In this document: in pieces, positions 11,101 to 23,528 of the stretch | Position numbering within the stretch: the first letter of the stretch is position 1 | How the letters are laid out: every line of letters starts with the position of its first letter | NCBI RefSeq assembly: GCF_001186125.1 | Contig: NW_014040328.1 | Location: 30,796-65,740, forward strand | Direction: 5' to 3' | DNA length: 34,945 nt | Source of the DNA: Sphaeroforma arctica JP610 | Lineage: Eukaryota | The notes under the pieces: model-generated | What the model was told of the DNA's origin: nothing | Database searches by the model: none | Seen by the model: only the letters and a program-made list of their open reading frames with translations | Translations under genes and position numbers: made by a program

Positions 11101-14100
11101 CATACCACATAAATTCCAACGAATCTATGATATATCGACAAAAGTACCCTTCCATTAAGATGGAATACCCCTGAATATAGCATGTCATAAAGGCTCCATT
11201 CCAAATAATACAAGCACACGAGCATCTAAATTACTCCTATCCACACCGACGCACTCATCCAATCTTTGTGGCCCACATCCTCTAACACTTTTAACTCTCC
11301 TCGATGCAGATACACGCTCCATTCAGAATAAATACAAGCACAAACGCATCAGCAATACTCACATACACACAGACTCACTCACCCTATCTTTGTGATCCAC
11401 ATCCTCCATTACGTATGACTCTCCTCGATGCAGATACACCGCACCGTCGTACAGCTCGAAATGGGCTCTACGTTCTTCAATATTATCCAGCTCATGCTCT
11501 GTGTCAGCATCTAGCACTCGGTAGTCTGAAAAATGTGCAGAGAAAATTGATGCTTAGGCAATCATCAATAGGGTGTTGTGTTAAATACTATGGGATTGGT
11601 TTGAATCTCACACAGGCAAGCACAGCCAGCCCTACTATACAACTCGAAACCCGTCGTATATTTGTATATCTCACGTATACAAACATCAGTGAATAGTTCA
11701 TGTCATATTTGCTATCTAGCATTGGAAAGCATTTGCAATATTCAGATATTCAACATATCTGTCTTGAGTGCAGGGCTAAAACTTTCCCGTGTGCAGCCTA
11801 AAGTGGGTTTTCTGAGTACAGTCCCGTAAGTTCGGGTAGCGATGTGAGAAGTCACTGGTATGGGACATAGTAAAGTATATGGTGTATGCGGCTTTCATAC
11901 CCTCCCTCCAAAAGTTCCACAAGAAATATCATCGGTGTAGATATTCCGTATGTCTGTCTGGTCGTGCGGAAAGCCAATGTCAATAAATACAATGAGATGG
12001 TTGGTATTCCAAGCCTTTACACAGCGCGCACAAATCACACACTGCAGCGCACTGAGTAGATCACACATCGAACATACGTTGCATTCCCACAACACACACT
12101 CGTCTTTCTGTCCAGACAGTCGTTGGCATGATATTTAATGCCATGGATGTTATTCCAGGCTATTTACAGTACATACAAAACACACACTGCCGTACACCCG
12201 AATGTACTGTCGGTATAGATATTCCGCAGACTCTCCTTTCCGTACGGAAGGATAATGGCACGAGTTGTGGTGTAATATTCAAACTTCCAGGCTCCTACAC
12301 CGCACGCACAACACGCACACTCAAGTATCCAGAACTAATCGCGCTCTCGCGCATACTCTCGGTGTAGATATTCCGTAGACTCGTCTTTCCGTGCGGAAAG
12401 TCAATAGCGTGGGAGGTAGTGTGGTAGTTATTGTTCGCGGCTCTGATTACAGCCCCATGTGCCGCGTTGTAGGACCCATCCACGGCCATTCCACGCACCA
12501 TGTCTTGGATTAATGTGCCGTATTTGTCCCCAAACAGCCTCGCGTCGTAATTCCTGTAGTGTTTAAGTAGGCAAAATTAAAGTTAAAGGTAAAACTTGAC
12601 GGCTGCATCACAGGTTATTGTTTCACTTAATTGTAGGATCAGCTACGTATTTAAGTTCACAGAGTGCTGCAGGAATCTCCTGAAGTTGTTGAGCTATGAG
12701 GAAGCTAAAACTTGATAAAAATCATATATACCACGTGCGGTGAAAACATATCTTACTTCGTGCCGGCGCAGAGTGGTAGCTCCGTGGCAGCACACAGCAG
12801 GTGCCACCACAGCACACGGTTGTTAAAGGGATCAAACACCACAGCCTCTGACGCCTTCGAGAACAATGCCTTGGGGTTTTTCATAAAGTGCTGGTCCAAT
12901 GGAGAATTATAGCCAATGAGAACGGCGATGGACTGTTTGCCTGATCGTCCTGCACGCCCCGCCTGGATTGGATGTACAACAGATGAATGTTGAGGAGGTT
13001 GTAATATTTGCAAGTACAGATGGTCAAGGTTTTATATGTCTGGTAATAAAATAACAGTAAAAAGAACAAATAAAGATTTGCGAGAGAATGCAGGTGGTAT
13101 CGGACCTATTCGCGTGCACCGACGAGGTCTAAATGTTGTCCTACAGAGTACTTGTATGAGCTACTCTAGGGTGTGCTACACATCAGTGTATTGATTTGCG
13201 AGTATATCTGGGCACCCGTCTGCTGCCACGGCGACGCTCTACTACAGGAATATCCAGCCGCAGTACACTATCCAATCTCCCTACACGAGGTCATTTTGAG
13301 GTCAATTATTCACACCGCGATTAAAGTTATAGCTCAATACCATACCAAACATAATATCAATCGCACATCCACCTGCTGCCACAGTAACGCTATACTACGG
13401 TATGGCCCGGCTGCGATACACGAGCTAAAATCTCCACTTAAGGCTAATTCGACAACACACACTCATACACTCAACCTGTGCACACAACACAGTAAAGCAA
13501 CAGCCCTAGACAATGACTGTATATCACCAAACATAATATCAAGCGCACACACACCTGCTGCCAAAGCGATGCTATGCTACCGGGATAGCCCAGCTGTAGC
13601 ACGCTATCTAAACTCCCTACATCGATTCCCAGCTCAAGTGCATTGGTGGCGATGACTGACAACAATCGACCGCCAAATAAGTCGCGTTCGATCTTGCGCC
13701 GATCCATGGCGGTGTATCTGTACGACAACAAATGAGTGATTACGACATGAGACGAAAGGCAAATGCAAATCTACAACAAATGAGAGTTTGCGCCTAATGA
13801 GAGACGCAGTGTGAGGGAGAATGAGAGCTATAAATGCGAGTATTAAATTTCCAGACGGGATGTCATAGTTATTGGGTTCCGATCCTGCAGAACCTCTGCA
13901 TCAAGGATTGCACATCGGACAAGCCGCGAAAATATGAGATACTGATCTGGTTAGACTAGAGGTTTGCAATCACATGTCAATGACAAGCTTGGCTAGTCAG
14001 TAAGCTCTGTTGATACACAAGCCATGATATATGCTATGCTTATGTCTCGTGTATGAAATTCAAAAATAATTGATTGATAAGTTTTATGCTCGAAAGAACA

Positions 14101-17100
14101 TACTGCATTGTAGAGCACATGTTTCTGATACCCTTTGTATATACACACGTAGAATCGTACCATATATTTTGGTTTCAATCGCAGCCGCAAATTCGATGCT
14201 CGTATACACTCGTATAAAATGTACTATTTGCGTACTGGTTAATCGGTAAAAACAATAGGAGAAACAATGCGTATACTATTCGAAACAAACCCACCTACAC
14301 CCACAATGGAGCCAATCAGAGCCAAATCATCCACTCACAAATACACAGAAATATCTCCTCATACACTCGAGCGTTCAGTTCGTTCCCCACACACTTACCC
14401 GCCCCTATACGTGGTGATATATGGCACCAAATCCGGGCGCGGCGCAGGTAGGCCCGAGCAATCGCTGCCTTTGGTTTTGTGCCGATTTCCCCCCAACGTA
14501 GTAACACTCGTCCCCTCTCTCATCATGCTCTGAGTGACCTTGCACACCAACTCACAGACTGATCGAACCTTGCAGAATCCAATCGTCCTGAGGCCAGTCT
14601 TGGCCATCTCACACAGCAGCACACCGGCTTCGGTGTAGACGCTGTGTAGGTTGGTGTGGGGCAATCAACAATAGTGCAACGTTAAATCAAACAGAACTTG
14701 CTGTCCATATGGGTGTGATAACTAATGAAGCCTGGTGTGACATTCGTTGACAATAGCGTGATAGTATCTGAATATTGGTGTGGTAGTAATAGGTCAAGGG
14801 AAGGTTAAAATTGAACAAGGACTCCTTCTGTGTCACTAGAGCAATCTCTGACTGATAATATTCACCTCGCGGTATATCCAGGGCTATCGCCACTGCGGAA
14901 TGCGAGAGCTACACGAGTTCACTGGCTCGAGCTTTAAGCGGCTATATAGCAAGTCAACGACTTCCGCTTCAACAATATTACACTTGTGTATCACAAAGGA
15001 GTCGCCCTCCTTAAACTTACGGCCAATTTCGCGATGCATAATCTCAAGGCAATAACACTAAACCCTAAACCTTAAAAAGGTCGATTACATAAGGGTAAAA
15101 TGCAATGAAATATAAAATTAGAGTCGTGCCGGCGTGTGAAGGGCAGGACTGTGCGGGAGATCCTCTCCATTTGCACTTGGCACTGTTGGTACACACAACC
15201 CATTGGGAGTGGAATTCAAAACGCTGGTGCGTGGACCATACAACAGCACAACTGCGCTAAAAATATCAGTTGCGTATACAGACAGTCGCTAGCTTGAAGC
15301 AGAATACATACGTAACGATAAATAGCCAACGCGGCTCACAAATAGTAATCACACACACACACTGCTAGATCTATACCTTGAAAATGCGGCTGGATTCCAC
15401 AGCACATAGTCTTTGCGCCCGTTGGGCGACCCGTCTTCGCCCACCACAACCAACCGCCTCCTCATATCCACAGATGGCCTATCCGGTGCTTGTGTGTGTG
15501 TACTTGTTGGCACTTGTTTGAGAGTCTCTGGTGCTTGGGTTTGTGTGTTTGTTGATATTCGTTCATTTCTTTCCGGTGCCTGCACTTGCGTATCGACCGA
15601 TATTTGTCCGTCCGTGTCGGTGTGCGTCACGTGTGGTGTATCTATGTATCTGTCTGTGCTTGTGGTTGGGCGTGTCTGTGGTGTGCTTGATGTCTGCCGC
15701 GGGTTGTCTGGCGGCTGTATACTTGTTCCATCCTCTGAGAGTTCCGTGCAATCCATATCTGTCCCCCTTTGTACTGTTTCCGGTTGGTCTACGCCCATTT
15801 CAGCACTATCTTCTGCTCTCAGCGTACTTTCTGGGTGCGTATCAGTATCAGCTTGCTTATGCTCAGGTTCGTCAGGTACATCAAGTGGTATCAACCGTAG
15901 GGAGTGTTCGCGCGGGTTGGCTATCGTTGCGGTGCACATAATCCACTGCAAAAAAAATGATAGTAGATTAATTGTATGTGTGTGTAAATGTATATATTGT
16001 ATTTAAACAACATATATACATAAATAAATCTATACATGTGGATTATGGACTGCACAGACCACATTTTAGTTAATTTTCTACACACACGCTCTTACTACAC
16101 AAATAAGACGAGTAGGCGAATAGACAATAAACAACACACTCTGCACCGTGAGCAACCTTCTGGTTATAGTCTGAGTGCATGCAAGCCTATTGCATATCGA
16201 GCGATAGGGATTGCAAGTGTTCAAAAGAACCGGCAGATCCTTGCGCCAACCCCAGTTTAAAGAATAATTAAACTGTCCACAGGCACACCCTTGTGGTTCA
16301 TGCGTACACCAATCTCGCCTAATAGATCTACCAAACGCAGATCTCACTACACCCAGTTCTACCTACCTGTGGGTCTGCTCCATAGTGCGCGCACATGCGC
16401 AGTAGCCGACGGAACACCATCGCCACATGTGACCCAAACTGTCCTCGGTAGATATGAGCCTCATCAACCACAACGAATCTGGTGTCATGGACGGAAAGCG
16501 GTGATGAAAATACAGCCTATAGACCTGAACTATCGCGACAATGGACAGGTCAGTACATATACAACACAGTAATGAATGTCAGCTCAAATACGTAGTCTGC
16601 TACAACTGTTGTTTCACCCGTTAGCATTAACTCTTCCTCCACGATGAATCTGGTGTCGTCGAGCAAAGGCGGTGATAAAAAAATTAGCCTGGTGGCTAGA
16701 AATGTCACGACTAGCAACTGCACGACGATGAATACAGTGGGGTATAAATATAGACTAGTGATGAGCATCAGGATTCCGGCATTAACTGTTAAAACTACTA
16801 CTATTAATGTTAGCGCTTAAATTTCAAAATAGATGGAATGGAGTTGTCCAGCACCTGAACAAAGCAGTGTTCGAGGTGCATATACGAATAAGGAATACTC
16901 CAATCGAGAGAGGAAACGACTCCATTGGTCCTGCCATGTAAGCACACTTGCATGCACACCCCCTGCTAGATGAACGCACGATTGATACATATTTAACCGA
17001 GAGAAGAAGTGGCTCTATTGATCGTAGTATATGGGAATGATTGCATGTACACCAATTTGTACATATATGCATGATTGAGCCTTACTTCAATCGAGAGAGG

Positions 17101-20100
17101 AAGTGGCTCCATTGGTCGTGGTAGGGCAGGATGCTGGCGTGGATCATGTCTGGATTGCTGAGAATGATGTTAGCGCTCTCTCGTACTACGCTGCGCGTTT
17201 CTCTGTCTGTATCGCCGTCAAATGTTGCCACCTGCAGATATAGATACAAACATGTATAAGCATGTAGATACGGAAATACGCATATAAATATTATTCTAGA
17301 TGTAGTGTCAACGTAAATGCGATAAGCGTATGTGGATATTAACTGAGCACACACATTAAAAATAAATAAACGTTCATTGAAAATAAATACGCACGTATAT
17401 GTACATAGTTGATTCCATTCATACGTATGCAATTTTACCATGGCACTTTGTGCGTAGAAAATTAAAAATATAACTGTCACCAACCTTGACACGATTGCAT
17501 AGAGTGTCATGGGCTGTGAGTTTCTTAAGCGCGCGCTGCTGATCCTGCGCCAGGGCTTTGGTGGGGAACAGATACAGAGCCATAGTCGTGGGGTCGTCTA
17601 CTATTGCCTGCAGTACGGGTATGTTGTACGCTAATGATTTGCCTGCGAGGTGCGAGAAGGTAATTTTTATCGAGATTTTAAGCTGTGAGGTTCTTGTATT
17701 CAGTTCATACGATTCTACCTAACACTGGGTGTCGATGTACAGAGTACCACATGGTTGCCGGCGCTGGATGAGCGATTGTATGTGCCTGGTGAGCGCACAG
17801 AGTTTAAAATGGACAACCTATACCATACAACACCAAGGAATGCAACTCTGCACAATACTATACAACACAATCACATTTTGCACTATTAAACACTTGCAGG
17901 TGCCAAAAAAATGTTCGACGCACGAGCAGTAGCTTTGCTGCAGCACTTTATAACATCCCATACATTTCTACCTACCACTGGATGTAGATGTGCAGAGGAC
18001 TACGTGGTTGCCGGCGCTGGAGTGAGCAATGGCGTGTGCCTGGTGAGTGTACAGCCGTTCAATCTTCGACACACACTTGACTGCATCGGCCACGGACCAG
18101 CCTATATTGGGATCTGCATGTCGTATTGTCGTACGAACGGAAAATATATAGTGGTATTGAGAAAGGTACAATAAAATCTTTGTACCAGATTGCCCGGTAA
18201 GTGTATAATCATCTAATCACCCGACACACATATTTGACAGCATCAACCGCGAACCAGTCTATATTGTGGTCTGCAAGTCGGTTTGTCGTACGGGGATTGC
18301 ATAGTGGGGCGAGAAGTTATGTTGTAATATAATCCTAGATTGCCCGGCGAGTGTAATACCATTTAATTATCAACATTAATTTAACAGCACCAGCCACCGA
18401 GCTGCCTATGCTGGCGTCTGCGTGTCCGTGCGGATATTGTATAGCGGCACGAGGCAGCCATGGTGCAATCTCTACTTTTGAAAGTTGGGTTTAAGGATAA
18501 ACCGTGATCTATTCAATACTGGATTCAAAGGCCGATGAGGATGAAGAGAGATACGTATGTGCTATATATAGAATATAATTCATAACCCGAGATTCTGCAA
18601 CGGGAGGTTCACATCATTTTGTTGAGAACTGATTTCGAGTCGTATGCAGACTGGCCACACCCAGCGGTGACTATATACTGACCCTTGCATATATAAGACC
18701 CATAACAACATTGTAATTACACACACCTTTGTCGGATATCGGTTTCTGAGAACTTCGCGGCTCTGGCAGGGTCGTGCTTCACATGCGCTATTTGGCCATG
18801 ATAGAATGGCAATAACTTGAGGTGGTATGTACCAAAACCACAGATATATACCATTACATAAACATACGCAGACACTAGGCAAAATAGGCACAGATACGCA
18901 CACTCCCACAGATACAAGTATACACTAGAGGACTACCTCGACCACATACAAAGACACATCCACAGACACGAACCTTCGTCGATGTCGGTTTCGGAGAATT
19001 TCGCAGCTCTGGCAGGGATGTGTTCGACATGGGCTATTTGGCCATGGTAGAATGGCAGTGACTTGAGGTGGGCGAGGAACTCGGCGCTTGTTTCACCATC
19101 GCCATCGCCGAAGATGTTGCGGTCTAGAGCTTCGCGTGAGCAATCTGTGGAATTCATAGTTAAAAGTCCTAGTGTCAGGCTGGTATTGCATGCGGATATA
19201 TTCTGACATAAACAGAAATATAAACTGGGGAGAATTTGTAGTGTCATGAGATAGAAACGGGGCAGTCCTAGAGATTCAGTGCTGGGACAGTATTGAGAAA
19301 TCAGTACTAGAGGTTCTAGTGTCATGCCAATGCACTATGCGGATGTGGGGAAATATATTGTTTGCCGTGGTAGATACAAGGCAGTATGAAGATTCTGTGT
19401 TGCAACAGCATTGTAAGATCAGTATTGCATGTCACAGTCAAGCTATAGTCTATGCAGATGTAGGGAAGGGGAGTGTGTATCGTGATCGATACAGCACCAG
19501 GAAACACGAGACGACGCATAGAGCGCACCGCAGAGTATTTGTATGAAGTCTTTAGTCTAGAAAGGTGCGAGGAAGCACATTGTTTATTGTATCAAGATGT
19601 AGTATCAGAATGGTGTGGAGATACACATCACGGGTGGAATACATAGACCCAAGGGAGGGTATCAGCAAAGTGGAAGCAAATGCACGACGATAGACTAGCG
19701 GATGAGATACACAGACACGACCAGCCTGGCAATATACGTGATCTTGGCACGTACCTAGAAGACAACACGCTCATAACTAGCGCGCACATACAAGGATATA
19801 AACACACCCTCATCGCATAGGCTCTGTCATGTAATTCTGGTGTAAAAGGTATATAATCATTTCCAGTAAATCCGCATGGTATTGTGCAGAATTTATTGTT
19901 CTCTTGTGAAAGTGATTCATGGCTAGCTCATGGTAGAACATAGTACTTGCAAACGATAAATTGGTCTGAGAGGCTGTAGTGCCATAATAGCTGGAAGATC
20001 ACATAGTGATAAGCACCCAGGCAAACGCTAGTGATATCGAAACGTATAGCCCACATCATCTGAAATCGAGTAATGTGAGCTGTTCAGTACTGTTTGGAGG

Positions 20101-23100
20101 TACGACAAGGAAGGCGAGGACGGAGATTGATTGCCTACTAAGATTGCATTGGATATCCCACTGTAGTACTACTAGGCGAAGAGAGACGCACAACCGCTGT
20201 CGAATATATGGACTACACCGACAGGGGTGGGTGAGTGAGAGTCCGTTGGCGCCAAAATTAGAACAAAGCAGACTCCACCCACAACAATGCATGTGCGGTC
20301 CCCTATTATCTAGACACGAGGTATATTTCACCTTTCGCAAGAATAAAAGCGTTGTATCTCCTAACATACACGTTTGACGATGAATTACAGTGGTGCATAC
20401 AGCCATGTGTTTGTGCCTGCAAACTGCTCCCGTCCCAGTGACTGCAGTGCTATGCCTCCTAAAATTAATGTTTCACAATGAAAAAGCGTGTAGTGGTACA
20501 TACCTGGCGGAGTAGTAGATCGAGTGCTGGGCTCGCTTTCAAAGTGTTCGTAGTTGACCGTTGCAAACAACGCCTCCTCGTATACTGTCGCAGTGTCATC
20601 AAGTGTACCGAACTTCGCCAACCACAATTGCACCTGCAAAGATACAAGATCATAGGTGGACCTTAATATATACATGTTTTTAGTTTTTTAGGGTTTTACA
20701 AAGCATGAAAAAAAAAACTGCCATGTTTGCAGATGCAACGGTACATGTACACACGCAGAGAAAACGGGACGAACATTAGTATATACATGTATTTATAAAT
20801 AAATACATCTTTAAACACAAAGAATGGCGATATACTGGCCACGTTTGCACTGTAAGGACACAAGTATGAATTGATGTGTATCCCAGTATAACCACATTTG
20901 CAAACACAGATCCATACGAACACACACAGCGGGTTGCGCATGTGCATCTCCGCCTGAAGAGAAGTTTAATATCTGAGTGTGCACATACATCGACACGCGC
21001 CTACTCAGTAGGCACACATAAAGTATTGTAGAATAACAATCAGTTATTTGCGCTTGCTTTCTAGTTGCAGTCCCAGACTATACACACAGGTACACGCTCA
21101 CACCGACACATACGCGGATACACACTACAATTTCATCCCATACACATACACAGACACGCACGCGCACATACTAACACACATCCAGATACCCACAACGCTC
21201 CCAGACCAGCCACGCTCATCCGCAGCTGAAAAGAATAAACGCCATTCCGTCAGATGTACACTCCACTCATTGATACTAACATACACAGACACACACACAC
21301 CAACACACCACTAGGTACATACAATACTCCCAGTCACACTCATCCGCAGCTCAAAGGCTATGCCGCATTCCGTGAGATACAAAATCCTCTCATCGATACT
21401 TACATACGCAGACACGCACACACACCAACACACCACTAGGTACACACGATACTCTCAGTCACACTCATCCGCAGCTCAAAGGCTATGCGCCGGTCCGTCA
21501 GATGCACACTCCACTCATTGATACTTACATACACAGACACGCACACACACCAACACACCCCTAGGTACACACAACACTCCCATTCCCACACACCTGCAGA
21601 TCAAAGGCTATGCGCCGGTCCGTCAGATGCCCACTCCACTCATTGATACTTACATACACAGACACGCACACACACCAACACACCCCTAGGTACACACAAC
21701 ACCCCCATTCACACACACCTGCATCTCAAAGGCTATGCGCCGGTCCGTCAGATGCACACTCCACTCATTGATACTTATATACACAGACACGGCACACACA
21801 CCAACACACCCCTTGGTACACACAACACCCCCATTCACACACACCCGCAGCTCAAAGGCTATGCGCCGGTCCGTCAGCATGCGAGGGGTTGGCATTTTGC
21901 GGCCTTTAGAGCCCTTGCCTATCATCTCAATGATGGAGTCGCTCTTCCGAACGACTGATGGAGGTGGTAGACTCGTTCTACAATACGGGGCGACAAGTAG
22001 AGATGGCCGATCTATAAATAGCATCTATGAACATGCCAATCATGGGGAGAGTAGTGCGGTCTAAAAAGAGGTCAGACTGAAAGGCAACGAATTGGATGTT
22101 AGCTTTCCGAACGGTTGGGGAAAGAGATAGACTCGATCTGTAATACGTGATGACAGCGAGAGATGATCGATGTATAAATAGACAAGCCAGAGTAGGAAGT
22201 GTAGTGCAAATTATAAATAAATTAGGGTACGAAGCAAGACAATGTAGAATATGCGAAGATAGCAGCACAACGTTAATAATGCATGATGCATGTGCGCACG
22301 CTGAGGTGGAATCAATGCGTAGCTGCGTTGAGACTTCAGAGAATCAAGACCAGCATATCCACCTGCCGGCGTGTCGTAAAAATGTCCATAAAAAATGAAT
22401 TAACACAACTACCAAGAACATCTTGATGCAAATACCCTGACTTTTAATTCACACTCACAATCAGTACCCACTTTTCGAGCGCATACAACACACACACACA
22501 TACCCCTGATCGTCCGCTGCGGCCCCCTTCTCCCTAAAGAAACCCTCACTCGCCAGCGCGGCCGTCTCATCCGCCCGTTTCTGCCCCTCTGTACGCGTGT
22601 CCAGGCGATACGGCTCCTTCATTGCCTCCAGCTTGAATATATCCTCGAGCTCATACGCATTGTGGTACACTTTGATCAACTTCGGCGCGATGGCACACAG
22701 ACGGGCCAGGTCCACGTGTGTGGGGGTGATGCCACAGTTGGCTGCCGCCACCGCCATGACATTCTTGAACGACAGCACACGCCCACCTATCCTTAGGAAC
22801 GCACATCCGAGATCGATGGACTGGTATAGCACCGCCAGCCGCTTCATACACTCAGGAAGCTCTCTCTGTACAGTGACAGTAGTACCCTCATCCGTTGCCA
22901 TACTAGCGTGTGTGCTGTGTTGCACGCGTGTATCTTTGCTTGTGCTCGTATTCGTGCTGATTGTCTGGCCTCTTTTAGAATTTTTGTTCTTAGTCCCTTT
23001 CGGCCTACCCCGTTTGCTCGCCGAGCCCTTACCAGCAACCGCAACTGGTGGTAAACATGTGCTTGTGTCTATATCCCTATCTTCTACACCCATTCCTGTC

Positions 23101-23528
23101 CCCACTTCTATAGATGTTGCATCTTTTAGCGCTCTCCCTTTCTCCTTATTTTTAGCGCCCTTGGGCCTGCCCTTCTTTCGTGCTGATTGTGGCATACCCC
23201 CATCTCGTTGTTGAGATGCATCTGTGTGTCTTATACTACGCGACCCTACTAATCCCTCATGTAATTGGTCCGCCTGTTGGCGTGACTGGGTCCGTGCTGT
23301 ACTCTGTGGCACCCCATGGCCCTTACCAGAACTCTCATCTGTCGATTTGTTTTCTATCACTATAATATTAAAATCCGTCTGGTCGCAAATTAGTTGGCTG
23401 TCTACTTCTAAACTGTTCTCTGGTACCCGTGATGCATCAGGGCTATCTTCGTCTATCTTTGTTTTCTTGCTCAGTGATACACGTGCACAGGCATGAGTGG
23501 TGCGCTTTGGCCTGTCGAAGTTCTCCAT
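8150..23528 (-). CDS. HRQ1: Hrq1/RECQL4-related (MrfA/YprA-like) ATP-dependent SF2 DEAH helicase with C-terminal DUF1998 Zn-binding domain; 18 exons, ~1400 aa
   Basis: Hand-spliced exons in transcript order: 22504-23528, 21845-21977, 20504-20633, 18974-19144, 17976-18113, 17485-17642, 17086-17231, 16367-16478, 15377-15945, 14399-14641, 13555-13717, 12757-12962, 12357-12553, 11383-11525, 9708-10015, 9362-9475, 8823-8931, 8150-8287. All introns are GT..AG with consistent phases (4203 nt, 1400 aa plus stop). Motifs in order: LYTHQAHAI (Q motif), TSTSSGKSLAY (I), [12 protein letters not shown] (Ia), TFDGDT, SNPDMIH (Ib), [25 protein letters not shown] (II), CTATIANP (III), [21 protein letters not shown] (V), QQAGRAGR (VI), [48 protein letters not shown]...C. 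The donor at 15377 and exons 2-3 are the least certain. Confidence 0.93.
21140..21878. repeat. Intronic ~125-bp tandem repeat (~6 copies) containing the 3' end and donor site of helicase exon 2
   Basis: GCAGCTCAAAGGCTATGCGCCGGTCCGTCAG-like core at ~21221, 21345, 21469, 21596, 21720 and 21846; the last copy is the exon itself. Confidence 0.92.

Noticed and set aside
15056..15075. Telomere-like CTAAACCCTAAACC
   Set aside because: Only about two units, within an intron; compatible with chance.
22597..23214. 205-aa plus-strand ORF (likewise 15413-16006)
   Set aside because: Antisense shadows of long helicase exons with no recognisable protein features.
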